Assembly (NCBI GenBank): GCA_965222225.1
Contig: CBDCTK010000002.1
Location: forward strand, 480,001-544,000
Direction of reading: 5' to 3'
From: Candidatus Poribacteria bacterium
GTDB lineage: Bacteria; Poribacteria; WGA-4E; JAJDTR01
DNA length: 64,000 bases
The position numbers and the translations under genes are program-made. Shown in pieces: positions 20,780-30,658 of the stretch. Below the pieces are notes generated by a model, which searched no databases, was not told where the DNA came from, and was given only the letters and a program-made list of their open reading frames with translations. The first letter of the stretch is position 1. Each line of letters opens with the position of its first letter.

Positions 20780-21916
20780 ATGATCTCGCTCCAACATATT
20801 CTTAAGAAGTTGCGTCGGTTGCTGCCTTGGAGTAGTGGCACCTCCTTGCTCGTTTCCGAAATAATGTTGCTTGCATTTCTTTTGTATGTGTTCGCGTTCC
20901 ACACGTTTGAACAGCGAGCAAAATCGGATTTAGCGCTCTTTGATTCGGTATGGGTGGCATTCATCACGATGACAACAATCGGCTATGGGGATATTTCCGC
21001 TGTAACCGTTGCCGGACGAATTTCCACAATCATATTTAGCATCATAACTCTGGGGTGCTTCTCAACAGTTGCCAGCCAACTAATCACAAAGCTATCCGAC
21101 ATTCATGAAAGGCGGGTGAGGGGATTGGTTCGTTTACGTCTGAAGGGACACATTTTGATTGTAGATTGGAGCAAAAATCCGGACAAGATTACAACGGTCA
21201 TTGAAAATCTGCGCACCGATATGGACACTAGCGAATCTCCAATCGCGATTGTCTCCGAGGCGTTTGAAGAATTGCCTGCCCGGATTACAGACAATTTCCA
21301 TGACATTTATTTCGCCCACGGTTCGCCGACCAACGCGAATACGTACCTCCAAGCCAACGTGGCAGAGGCGCGCACGGCAATCGTCTTTGCCAGCGGGGAA
21401 GATTCCAGTGCGGATGTGCTTACGGCAGCTGCCGTTGGAATCATTGATGATCTGCATCCACGCCTTGAGATAGTCGGCGAATGTTTGGATAAGCAGAATG
21501 AAGGGCTATTTCGGCGAAATGGATGCGAGCGTATCGTGTTTACAGGGGAGATTGTGCCGCTCATTTTGGCGAAAACGGCTATCGATCGGGGCGTTGGACC
21601 GTCGGTGTTTGAAACGCTTGATACCAGGACCGAGTCGACACTCTACAGCATCCAAGATGCGCAACTGGATGGGTACACTTTCACTCAAATTTCCAAATGC
21701 CTGGTGGAATTGGAGGAACGGGTGCTGCCACAGGGAGTCATCCGTGGGAGAAGAATCATCATGGCGCCCGATAAAGATTTCATGGTAGAGGATGGCGATG
21801 GACTTATTCTGCTCGGTGACCGCAAGCACCCGTGGAACGCTTCCGGCAAGAGCGGGTTGAGACAGAGGCTACTCAACCAGCTTGCGCTTGAGATTGAGAA
21901 GGGGGAAAACGGATGA
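20780..21916 (+). CDS. 2-TM potassium channel with RCK (TrkA-N/C) domain
   Basis: Selectivity filter TMTTIGYGD; GHILIV...GSPT...ANVAEA RCK domain; GGAGG SD before ATG 20780. Confidence 0.88.
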   Translation: MISLQHILKKLRRLLPWSSGTSLLVSEIMLLAFLLYVFAFHTFEQRAKSDLALFDSVWVAFITMTTIGYGDISAVTVAGRISTIIFSIITLGCFSTVASQLITKLSDIHERRVRGLVRLRLKGHILIVDWSKNPDKITTVIENLRTDMDTSESPIAIVSEAFEELPARITDNFHDIYFAHGSPTNANTYLQANVAEARTAIVFASGEDSSADVLTAAAVGIIDDLHPRLEIVGECLDKQNEGLFRRNGCERIVFTGEIVPLILAKTAIDRGVGPSVFETLDTRTESTLYSIQDAQLDGYTFTQISKCLVELEERVLPQGVIRGRRIIMAPDKDFMVEDGDGLILLGDRKHPWNASGKSGLRQRLLNQLALEIEKGENG

Positions 21917-23292
21917 ACATTCGAGGCTGGATTCTCATTGTCGTAATTCTACTGTGCATAATCTTTGCCGGGGTCAGTTATAATCGACTTGCCTCGCGAC
22001 TTCCGCATACTATCACAATCGCTTCAGGCTCGGAAGCGGGTGCCTATCATAACTTGGCGTTGCAACTCAAGGAGCTGCTTCGACTTGAATATCCGCGGAT
22101 TACGGTCGAGATTCAGACAACAGACGGTTCTGCGGACAACCTAAACCGAATCATGGAAGGCAAAGTCCAATTTGCGTTTTATCAGAACAATAGAAGGTCG
22201 CAATTCGGGCAAGCAGGCAGCAAAAAGCCGGGAATAAATGCCCAAGCTATCCGTGAGGTGAGAACTGCCGCCAATCTGTACGTTGAAGTGTTGCACGTCG
22301 TCGTGCGCAAAGGCATTGGTGTAGACGGAATTCAGGGATTACGCGGTGTCAATGTCTCCGTAGGTGCCAAAGAGAGTGGAACGATTCGGGTGGCACAACA
22401 AGTGCTTCGGCACTACAACATGGGTGTGAACGACAAACAGATGCACACGCTCAACTTCGCCGACACGCTAAAGGCATTTGACAATGGAGAAATTGATGCT
22501 GCGTTTGTTGTGACAGGAGGACTTTCGCCGATGTTGAGACATTTGCTGGGGACAGGAAAATACGATCTCCTACCCATTCAAGAGGTGGACGCGCTTGTCT
22601 TCAAAAATGCCGCATTCTTTCCGTTCCAACTGCCACGGAGCGCGTATTCCGGGGAGCATGGCGTACCATCGCAAGATACGGCATGCTTAGCTGTCAAGGC
22701 AAGCCTTATCACACATCAGGATGTTCCCGCATTCCTCGTGCGTACGATGACGCAAATGGCGCTCTCAACTTCCTTCCGTAATCAGTTACGGGAGTTATCC
22801 GAAGAATTCGCGAAAGAGGAACAGGATTTTCCCATTCACCGCGGCGCCATGGATTTTTATCATCGCGGTGAACCAACGTTTTCGTCAAGCGTTGCGGAAG
22901 CATTCAACGATACGCTTCCATATCTATTGGTATTAGCAATCTTGGTCATTGTAGTCGGTGCAACGCTCCGCCAGAACCGCATCGAAAAGCGGCGTCAATT
23001 GAGCGCGAGATTGCACGAGTTCATGACGCGGATTGGCGACATTGAATCAGATCAGCGTGGTGAAACCAGCCCGCAGCAACTCTATCGTTTGTTGGATGTG
23101 CTGTCTCGTATCAAGAAGCGTGCGGTGGACGATCGTGTTGAGGGACGGCTGCTAGCGGGAGATGATTATGTCGCTTTCATGGTGCAATTGGATGGATTAA
23201 TCAACACGATTCACGCCAAGTTGGATTCGCTGGCAGCAAGTGATACGGGGGCAATGGGGACATTTCGCGTCGAACCGTCAGAAGAGAGCTGA
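21913..23292 (+). CDS. TAXI-family solute receptor with N- and C-terminal TM helices
   Basis: IASGSEAGAY, TDGSADNL, LYVEVLHVVV, GAKESGT, PIHRGAMDFY; ATGA overlap with the channel gene. Confidence 0.85.
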   Translation: MNIRGWILIVVILLCIIFAGVSYNRLASRLPHTITIASGSEAGAYHNLALQLKELLRLEYPRITVEIQTTDGSADNLNRIMEGKVQFAFYQNNRRSQFGQAGSKKPGINAQAIREVRTAANLYVEVLHVVVRKGIGVDGIQGLRGVNVSVGAKESGTIRVAQQVLRHYNMGVNDKQMHTLNFADTLKAFDNGEIDAAFVVTGGLSPMLRHLLGTGKYDLLPIQEVDALVFKNAAFFPFQLPRSAYSGEHGVPSQDTACLAVKASLITHQDVPAFLVRTMTQMALSTSFRNQLRELSEEFAKEEQDFPIHRGAMDFYHRGEPTFSSSVAEAFNDTLPYLLVLAILVIVVGATLRQNRIEKRRQLSARLHEFMTRIGDIESDQRGETSPQQLYRLLDVLSRIKKRAVDDRVEGRLLAGDDYVAFMVQLDGLINTIHAKLDSLAASDTGAMGTFRVEPSEES

Positions 23293-23572
23293 AATCTCAA
23301 TCCTATCCAATGGTTACAGCGAATTGGAATACAAGCGGTTTTACGAGAGGGATAGTACCCGATAGCCGAATCCCATATAGGTCAATATGAAATCGTGCAA
23401 TTCTGGTAGCCACCAAGTAGTCATCTCGCCCACTTAGGCGAAACGGCATGTGTGTTCCTCTTTAAGCGGTGTTGATTGGTGCTACACATTGTGGAATGTC
23501 GTTCTTTCAAAAAATCCTGATGCCAGATCATTGAGCTGGACACACTCCTCTCACAAACTCCTAACGGGGCTT

Positions 23573-24001
23573 CTACTGAATTCCCAATAATTCAATCTCA
23601 AATATTAACGTTGAATTCGGCTCAATTGCCTGCCCCGCGCCACGCTCCCCGTATGCGAGATTCGATGGAATAAACAATTTCCATTTCGAGCCAACTCGCA
23701 TCAACGATAGGGCTTCTGTCCACCCTGCAATTACACGGTTCACAGGGAAACTTGCCGGCTCGCCACGGCGATGGGAACTATCAAACTCCACCCCGTTGAT
23801 TAGGGTTCCGCGATAATGGGTGACCACGGTATCCGTTGCGGCTGGAATATCGCCGCTGCCGTCGTGAATCACTTCATACTGCAAGCCACTCGGCAGTGTA
23901 ATCACGCTCTCCCTTTTCCCATTCTCGGCGAGGAACCCCTCGCCCTGTGATAGATTTTCCTCCGCGGATTGCATTTTGTCCTTATGACCGAAGAATTTCA
24001 T
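23573..24001 (-). CDS. FKBP-type peptidyl-prolyl isomerase
   Basis: [33 protein letters not shown]. Confidence 0.95.
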   Translation of the reverse strand: MKFFGHKDKMQSAEENLSQGEGFLAENGKRESVITLPSGLQYEVIHDGSGDIPAATDTVVTHYRGTLINGVEFDSSHRRGEPASFPVNRVIAGWTEALSLMRVGSKWKLFIPSNLAYGERGAGQAIEPNSTLIFEIELLGIQ

Positions 24002-24004
24002 AGA

Positions 24005-24997
24005 TTAACCCCTTCCCAAGAAACTTTTTACGCGTGGATGATCCAGCACGTCGGGGTTTAGGATATGAGCCGGTTCACGTCCGTTAATAGCGTCAATGGC
24101 TTGGCCAATTGTGCGGAGATCGAGACGAATCGAAGACTCAACGGTTATCCCGGCGCAGTGGTTCGTCGCGATGATACGGGGGTGGCCTTTGTGGATCGAT
24201 CGCGGACCATTCACGGGGTCATCGATTACATAGTAGTAGAGCCGTTCTTCTCGAATTGCGCGGTTTACCGCCTCGTCATCAACCAAATTTCCGCGTGACG
24301 GGTTAATCAGGGAAGCATGTGGCTTCATAGCACACAGGCATTCGTAGGTGACAATAGTGTCGGCTCCGGCAACGTGAAGTGAGATGGTGTCGCTTTCCTC
24401 AAAGAGTGCCATTGGTTTATCCACGGCTTCAGCACCGAATTTCGCCGCTAATTCCTTGATGTCAGGTCTGATATCGTAGACGAGCAGACGACCATCTTCA
24501 CCGAGAAGCGGCTTGGCGCGAATGGCAACTTCCTGTCCAATTCGTCCCAGTCCGTAAATTCCGAGTGTAGATCCTTTCACATCGAAGTTGCGCATGAGAG
24601 AAGCGTCCCCTCCATGCGCACGCTCGTTCATGGTATAGAGCCGTTTATGCGTCGCAAACCATTGGGCAATCGCGTACTCGGCGACCGTGTCTAGGTGTTC
24701 CGGCGCGATCGTAATGATTACACCGTATTGTGTCGCGAGATCTACGTTAACCGTTTCAAAGCCCACACCCCATCGAGCGATAATTCTAAGGTCTTTTGCC
24801 GCCTTGTAGAAACTCTCGTGGACCTGGGGACCGCCCGCAACAACCGCAATCACATCTTCTGCGTGCTCGTCCGTTAATTCAATAGGATGGCGGGAGAGCG
24901 TTCCGAATTTTGCCAATTCCGCTAGCGCGTTTCGGCGCGGCTCCGAATCAAAATCGGGGTTATCAAAGAGAGGGGTTACCAGAATCTTTTTTGACAT
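24005..24997 (-). CDS. D-isomer-specific 2-hydroxyacid dehydrogenase
   Basis: ARWGVGF, GIYGLGRIG, LINPSRG, NHCAG. Confidence 0.88.
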   Translation of the reverse strand: MSKKILVTPLFDNPDFDSEPRRNALAELAKFGTLSRHPIELTDEHAEDVIAVVAGGPQVHESFYKAAKDLRIIARWGVGFETVNVDLATQYGVIITIAPEHLDTVAEYAIAQWFATHKRLYTMNERAHGGDASLMRNFDVKGSTLGIYGLGRIGQEVAIRAKPLLGEDGRLLVYDIRPDIKELAAKFGAEAVDKPMALFEESDTISLHVAGADTIVTYECLCAMKPHASLINPSRGNLVDDEAVNRAIREERLYYYVIDDPVNGPRSIHKGHPRIIATNHCAGITVESSIRLDLRTIGQAIDAINGREPAHILNPDVLDHPRVKSFLGRG

Positions 24998-25134
24998 TAA
25001 TGCACTCCTTCTTTATTTGACTTGTGTTCTCATCGCTGAGCTGATGTTCTGTTTTCCCACTTCTGGTGGAGCCATGCATGGGTCTACGAGACCTCAACAA
25101 CGAATATTGCCAATGTCCCAAGCCCTAGTAGGTC

Positions 25135-25977
25135 CTACCGCAATCGGATTAACCCTATTTCAAAGAGTTTAGGCCAGAGTTTCCCTGTGACAAACAGCCG
25201 GTTGTTTTCAGAGTCGTAGGCGATACCATTCAGAACGTCAACCGGCGTCCGACGATCTTCTATACTAAGAAGGCCTGTCAGGTCAATCCATCCAATCACT
25301 TTGCCTATCTTCGGATTTATCTTCGCGATGCGGCTGGTTTGAAAAACGTTCGCGTAGATTTTGCCTTCTATATATTCTAACTCATTGAGTCTATCGATGG
25401 AACCATTGTCGTCGTGAACCTCTATCCGGTGCTGTTCTTCAAAGGTTTCCGGGTGCAGGAAGTATAGATTCGCGGTGCCATCACTCATGATTAGGTGTTT
25501 ACCATCGCATGTAACACCCCATCCCTCGGTTGGATAGTTGAATTCTCGCAGGAGTTCAAAACTATCTTTATCGTAGACGAAGCCGACGTTGGATCGCCAC
25601 GTCAATTGAATTATCTTGTTATCGTAAATCGCGACTCCCTCCCCAAAAAGATGGGGAGAGAGTTCATGGTACTGCAAAATTTCCCCGGATTTGATTGCGA
25701 CTCGACGTAGAGACGAGCGTCGATAAAGCCCTGTTCCCTCAATAAAAACGCCATCTTCAAAGACTAGCCCTTGAGTAAATGCGTTTCTATCATGAGGGTA
25801 AATGTTTATCACCTTGTAAGTGTAGGCGGGAATCGGTGAGGTCTTCCCCAGCTCCTCTTCTTGGCGTTGAGATGGCGTGCGATTGCTCGAACCAAGATAC
25901 TCCGGGAAGACCATGACGACTAGGACACCCATCGTCAACACACTTCCCAATCCAAAGCGCATACGAACATGTTTCAT
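25135..25977 (-). CDS. glutaminyl-peptide cyclotransferase (beta-propeller type)
   Basis: FTQGL, EGTGLY, FGEG, QLTW, EGWG, LNELE, VLNGIAYD, TGKLWP. Confidence 0.93.
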   Translation of the reverse strand: MKHVRMRFGLGSVLTMGVLVVMVFPEYLGSSNRTPSQRQEEELGKTSPIPAYTYKVINIYPHDRNAFTQGLVFEDGVFIEGTGLYRRSSLRRVAIKSGEILQYHELSPHLFGEGVAIYDNKIIQLTWRSNVGFVYDKDSFELLREFNYPTEGWGVTCDGKHLIMSDGTANLYFLHPETFEEQHRIEVHDDNGSIDRLNELEYIEGKIYANVFQTSRIAKINPKIGKVIGWIDLTGLLSIEDRRTPVDVLNGIAYDSENNRLFVTGKLWPKLFEIGLIRLR

Positions 25978-26172
25978 CAGTTGTAATTTGAGCTACTATA
26001 TGTGGTCAGGGAGAAGGCTTGCTGTAACAGAATCTTATCAGTTACGATCGCCGGATTCGAGCTATCATTGTTAGGGACGTTAATCTTCGGACTAAATTGG
26101 GTTTGTATCGCTGTCCGCTAACCAATGCAACTCGTAGCATCTTCTCATGCAATTCCGTGATGCAAGTTGATG

Positions 26173-26484
26173 TTAGTTTTCAGTGTCCTGAACTTCTTGG
26201 TTAATGATTTCATCTTCCGCCGAACTCCCTATTTCCTTTCGCTGACGATACTCACGCTGTAAGCTCTCAATGCATCCACCGCAAAAACAGTAAACCCTTC
26301 CATAGTCTCCAACTTCTTTTTCGATTAGGTCACTCATCTCGAATTCCTCGTGACATAGCGCGCAGAATTCAAGAAGGGTTGGCGGTTCGGAATCTTCTTT
26401 CGCTCTCCGTTTTGAAATGGTTCTCAATATCAACCATGTTATGAGAGGAACGAAGAATATTGCGATATAAAAGAACATGGTCAA
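26173..26484 (-). CDS. small membrane-anchored protein with CxxC...CxCxxC putative Zn site
   Basis: N-terminal TM; CALC and CFCGGC. Confidence 0.65.
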   Translation of the reverse strand: MTMFFYIAIFFVPLITWLILRTISKRRAKEDSEPPTLLEFCALCHEEFEMSDLIEKEVGDYGRVYCFCGGCIESLQREYRQRKEIGSSAEDEIINQEVQDTEN

Positions 26485-26617
26485 TCATCTCACAATGCAG
26501 AGATTATCTTTAAATTGTAGTCGAGAATTACGACTACATACTCAAGTTGTGAGTTTCGGGCAGTCAGGTTCTCGTACAAGTAGACAAAATCTTTTCGGTC
26601 GTGTTAGGTCGGATTTT

Positions 26618-27460
26618 TCACGCCGTGGGATCGTGGTCGACAAAGCGACTCTTGGCGAACGGCACATGGGTCGAACCGCGCGCAAGGATGTGGTTCTGAT
26701 TACCGTCACCCCATTCAGTGTAAGAGCGCGCATTCGCATAGTGACAGACATACGCTCGTCTATATCGATCTTTGGAGTGGTTTTGCTTCGATCGGTGAAT
26801 AAGATGACCGTGAAAGAAGATGACATCCCCCGCCTTTGCAATGGCGGGAATCTCACTATCCTCATCCACGTCGACAATCTCTGTCAGCCCTATATGAAAG
26901 TCACCCGTATCGTCCGGGTGTGCAATATCCTGATAAATCGGATCGAAGTTAGAGCCGGGGATGAAGTACATACAACCGTTCTCCTCATCGCAGTCATCTA
27001 TCGCAATCCAAGCGCCGCACAGTGTGTCCGGAGCCGTTTTTATATAGAAGGAGTCCTGATGATATGCTTGGCCTCGTTGCCGAGGCGGCTTAAGAAAAAG
27101 CATCGATTGCATCGCCATCACGTCGGGCCCAATGAGCACCTCAAGCACATCAAGAATTCGTGCGTGTAACATGTACTTTTCGTGAAGTGGAAGATGGCGG
27201 TGGAACTGGATGAAACGAAAGAACATATCCTCCATGTCCCCGGGAGAATTACCTTCACTGCGGGGGGTGACGCCTTCTAGCTGGCTAAAGTCTACCTTTC
27301 CCATGGCGAGATTCATTGTGTGTTCGCCCAGTTCCTCAAGTTCCTCGGGCATAACAAGGCCCTCAACTTTCAAATAACCGTTTCGCCCAAAGAAACGTCG
27401 CTGATTGACGGATATTTGATATTTTTCTCTTTGACTGTCTTCCATGAGTTGCATTTTCAT
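26618..27460 (-). CDS. phytanoyl-CoA dioxygenase (PhyH) family Fe(II)/2OG oxygenase
   Basis: HQD, AWIAIDD, ENGCMYFIPGS, GDVIFFHGHLIHRS. Confidence 0.92.
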   Translation of the reverse strand: MKMQLMEDSQREKYQISVNQRRFFGRNGYLKVEGLVMPEELEELGEHTMNLAMGKVDFSQLEGVTPRSEGNSPGDMEDMFFRFIQFHRHLPLHEKYMLHARILDVLEVLIGPDVMAMQSMLFLKPPRQRGQAYHQDSFYIKTAPDTLCGAWIAIDDCDEENGCMYFIPGSNFDPIYQDIAHPDDTGDFHIGLTEIVDVDEDSEIPAIAKAGDVIFFHGHLIHRSKQNHSKDRYRRAYVCHYANARSYTEWGDGNQNHILARGSTHVPFAKSRFVDHDPTA

Positions 27461-27588
27461 TTAACCTCTACATTAGCTGTGGTTACTATGGAAATTGCAA
27501 GCAAGATCATACATTTAAGTCTTACTCGGTTCAACACCTATGGTTCGCCGTAAGATAGCTTATTGCCTCAATCTATGCTATAATCCCT

Positions 27589-27684
27589 GTTGGAGTAATC
27601 TCCCGGTTGCGGCGTTCTCGCAAATGTCAATTTGGGATGCTTGACTCGTTACTCCAACGCGGGAAACCATCGTAGGTATTCCGT
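27589..27684 (+). ncRNA. candidate structured RNA
   Basis: 10-bp closing stem GTTGGAGTAA/TTACTCCAAC around two hairpins, then a further hairpin; starts 4 nt after TGcTATAAT. Confidence 0.35.
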
Positions 27685-27813
27685 GATGTTTGACTTTGAA
27701 TCCTCCATTCTGTGAGTGTATCATATTAGGAATATTTACACAATACTCTAATGGATTTTCACCTTTCGACGGATTTGATCGGTGTTAAATCGGTGTTAAA
27801 GAGGAAGTGGAAA

Positions 27814-28461
27814 ATGTGGTTCTGTAGGCTAGTTACGCTTTGTTTCCTGATTGCGGCAGGGTGCGGGGACAGCGGATCGTACGACACAGAACGCGTATCT
27901 ACAGATTTTAGCGACTCAACCTCCGATACCGGCGCCAGAATCACGGGGCGAGTGCTACCCCCAAAGGTTCAACCATTAGTGATTGTATTTCGAAACGGAA
28001 ACGATTATACGACGACGACCGCTGACGAGACGGGACAATATGAAATAGCTGACTTGCTTAGAGGAGAATACAGCCTGCAAGTTGTTGCGACGGGGTTTTT
28101 TACGGACATATCGGTTCGTAACCTCAAGGTTGAACCGGGACAATCTGTCAAGGCAGACTTGATTATCCTGCGGGAACGATTAGAAGCAGCCACCTTGGTC
28201 GGACAGATTCTTGACAACTCGAACAAACTCCCGCTTGAAAATGCGGAGATACAGGTCGAGTGCTCGACGGGAGTTTGTGCGTCACTCAGTGCCGCGTCGG
28301 ATGAAAGTGGGAATTTCTCCATTGACCTTTGGTCCGGTTTGGGATCGAACATCAATGTACGTAAACCCGGTTACATACCGTTCCCGCGCCGAGTGGAGGC
28401 ACTGGAGCCCGGACAAAGGTTTTCTCTAGGGCAGGTGATGTTGGAGCCTATTGCGCCGTGA
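27814..28461 (+). CDS. lipoprotein with two carboxypeptidase-regulatory-like domains
   Basis: Lipobox AAGC; ITGRV...TTADETGQYEI..L..GEYSLQVVATGF and LVGQILD...PLENAEI...SDESGNF. Confidence 0.8.
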   Translation: MWFCRLVTLCFLIAAGCGDSGSYDTERVSTDFSDSTSDTGARITGRVLPPKVQPLVIVFRNGNDYTTTTADETGQYEIADLLRGEYSLQVVATGFFTDISVRNLKVEPGQSVKADLIILRERLEAATLVGQILDNSNKLPLENAEIQVECSTGVCASLSAASDESGNFSIDLWSGLGSNINVRKPGYIPFPRRVEALEPGQRFSLGQVMLEPIAP

Positions 28462-28611
28462 AATTCGACAGGTTGACTTTAACGGTTACAGTTTCGTCTG
28501 TAGGGATTGATTTATGGGGGAGCTATCGTTCAAACACGGTTTCTCGCGCGAAGATATCACGAATAATGAGCCAACCTATCAAGACGCCATTGACCCTGTG
28601 GTGAAGGACTT

Positions 28612-29295
28612 TTAGCGTTTCTTACGCTGCTTTTTTCGCTCAACTGTTTTGCGAATATAGTCAGCGGCATCCGGGGTTTTACAGCTTGTCTCGCCGTGAT
28701 CGACATCTACTTTGCCTATCTTTTTCGCGGCTGACAATGCCTTTTTCTCTAGCGCCGGGTTGCGAATGCCAATAGCAATCAGCGCCGAGTTCATGGCATC
28801 TCGTACCATGTTTTTCCGCGTATGAATGTCTCGCTCAATAATATCAAGGTAATTCTCGAAGTAAGAATCTGGCAATTCTTTATCGTCCATTGCAAGCAGC
28901 GCCAAGAGGTTCCACCCTGCTCTTCCGATCCACTCATCGTCGGAATCGCTCCACGCCTCCATTTTGGCTTGGAAAAAGGGTGTCTTGCTGACAAAATCCG
29001 AGAACTCGCCTGTCACGGTACGGTCAACCAATTCTGTCGTCCATCTATCCACGAGACTTTCTTCTACAGTGGCGGGATCGGCAATCATGCTCGCCAGAAG
29101 TTGGGCTTCGTGATTTCTTGTTGACCATAACTGCTGCGCCAAGTCATGATTGACCTTGAGTTGCTTCCCCATCTTTCTCAAGTTGGCGAAACTGACGCCG
29201 TAGAGGTTCTCGCACGCCCCATGACGCCTGTAAATCTTCCGATTCTGCGCCGTGCCGAGTGATTCCAGCTCTTGAAGCACCTCCTGCATTGTCAT
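28612..29295 (-). CDS. DNA alkylation repair protein (AlkD-like HEAT repeats)
   Basis: YGVSFANLRK, HDLAQQLW, AMNSALIAIG, VDHGETSCKTPDA. Confidence 0.85.
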   Translation of the reverse strand: MTMQEVLQELESLGTAQNRKIYRRHGACENLYGVSFANLRKMGKQLKVNHDLAQQLWSTRNHEAQLLASMIADPATVEESLVDRWTTELVDRTVTGEFSDFVSKTPFFQAKMEAWSDSDDEWIGRAGWNLLALLAMDDKELPDSYFENYLDIIERDIHTRKNMVRDAMNSALIAIGIRNPALEKKALSAAKKIGKVDVDHGETSCKTPDAADYIRKTVERKKQRKKR

Positions 29296-29312
29296 TTCGT
29301 GTTACTCCGTCC

Positions 29313-29729
29313 CTAGTTTTCTGGTTTCCGCGGTACAGGAGGCATATCTAGCTTCGGCCTGAGAGAGAATTCTAGTTCTCCAATGGCGTGACGTAATTGC
29401 CCTTGGTTGGGAACAATGAGCATTTTGTAATCAGTCCCGGAGTCCGGAGTTACGGAAGCAATCTTATAATCAATTCCCGGGTTCGGGGTTACGGCGAGCG
29501 TTTTGAAATCAATGTCGGATTCGGGGAGAAGGACGGTCGGTGGATGGTGAGGTGGAATTGTCGGGCGACCCTGCACTAAGAGTTGCTCAGGCAAGGCTTG
29601 TACCGTAGCCATTAACTCTGGATCGCTCACAAACCCTAATGGCTGCACTTGCTTTGTAGAACTGTTACATCCGAGGGTTAGAATCACTGAAAGGAAAACA
29701 GGAACTGGACACAACAATCTCCAAATCAT
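29313..29729 (-). CDS. lipoprotein with three 13-aa repeats (P-x-x-x-[IT]D[YF]K)
   Basis: SD GGGGAGG before ATG 29729; lipobox TLGC; PESDIDFK/PNPGIDYK/PDSGTDYK. Confidence 0.65.
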   Translation of the reverse strand: MIWRLLCPVPVFLSVILTLGCNSSTKQVQPLGFVSDPELMATVQALPEQLLVQGRPTIPPHHPPTVLLPESDIDFKTLAVTPNPGIDYKIASVTPDSGTDYKMLIVPNQGQLRHAIGELEFSLRPKLDMPPVPRKPEN

Positions 29730-29749
29730 CAGATTAGCCCTCCCCTTTC

Positions 29750-29992
29750 TCAATAAATCGTGCACACGCCACCGGCGCAACTGCTGCTTGATTTCTTGGT
29801 GACATCACCTGCAACACTGCTCTCTTCACTAGTTTCAAAATCTGCAAGCACGTCGGGCAGACTCTCGTTTGCCGATTGCGTCAAACCAACCTGAAACTGT
29901 CCGGTAGATGTGTAGGTTGTCACACAACCTGATAAAGTAACCAATACCGCGAGGATTACTAGTGCCCAAGTGGTTAGCCAGTTTGTTCGCAT
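29750..29992 (-). CDS. small lipoprotein (80 aa) ending in CAGGVCTIY
   Basis: SD GGAGAGG before ATG 29992; lipobox LSGC. Confidence 0.65.
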   Translation of the reverse strand: MRTNWLTTWALVILAVLVTLSGCVTTYTSTGQFQVGLTQSANESLPDVLADFETSEESSVAGDVTKKSSSSCAGGVCTIY

Positions 29993-30082
29993 AATAGCCT
30001 CTCCAATATACATTAAGCGTGATGAGTGAGAATCAGAACGCCGCATCTCTAGACGTCCTATTAGGAGAAAAGATGAGAATAA

Positions 30083-30619
30083 TCAACTGTCGGGCTTGGT
30101 AGCTCCGAATTGTTCCTCTTGTGCGATTCCGTATACCTCAATCTCCTGGATTTCAGGGCGAGGTTTCCCACGAAGTTGCCCAAAGTCAAGAGCTATAATC
30201 CGTATCGCGTCCGTTACTGCCGACGTGGTAACCGCAACGCGCCTCAGGTGGTTTTTTCGAAATCGCTGTAACTCTTTCCATTCCTGTCCATCTCGGGCTA
30301 ACACCTTGAAGCTGGTCAGGTTTTTGCCGTGCAGGACAATCATGACCACCTTACGTCTTGCGGGCAAACTTACCGTCGTAGGGGCAAACATATCCGCGTA
30401 CGATGAATCCGGGGTCGTGACCGTTCGTTCGCCGGAACCCATGGTTGCTTCAATATAAACGGTGTCACCCGTTCTAGGATTCCCGTCCACCATTTGAGGT
30501 GATGTGCATACCACCCCTGAGATGCGGACATAGTCGCCGCTTGGATTAACCTTACCAACTGCTGCGCATCCCATAAACGCAAAAGCAAGCGTAGTAAGAA
30601 TTGCAACTGATTGAGGCAT
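30083..30619 (-). CDS. hypothetical lipoprotein (beta-sandwich, discoidin-like ending IQEIEVYG)
   Basis: Lipobox FMGC; TDAIRI...IQEIEVYG. Confidence 0.65.
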   Translation of the reverse strand: MPQSVAILTTLAFAFMGCAAVGKVNPSGDYVRISGVVCTSPQMVDGNPRTGDTVYIEATMGSGERTVTTPDSSYADMFAPTTVSLPARRKVVMIVLHGKNLTSFKVLARDGQEWKELQRFRKNHLRRVAVTTSAVTDAIRIIALDFGQLRGKPRPEIQEIEVYGIAQEEQFGATKPDS

Positions 30620-30658
30620 TTGCTGGTTGCTCCCTGAGTATGGAATGTAATCCTCTTC

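Noticed and set aside
27592-27656. tRNA-like 7-bp stem GGAGTAA/TTACTCC
   Set aside because: No T-loop (TTCGA), D-arm or anticodon arm; kept only as a generic structured-RNA candidate.
27778-27799. Tandem atcggtgttaa x2
   Set aside because: Could be an operator, but two copies of 11 nt give no further support.
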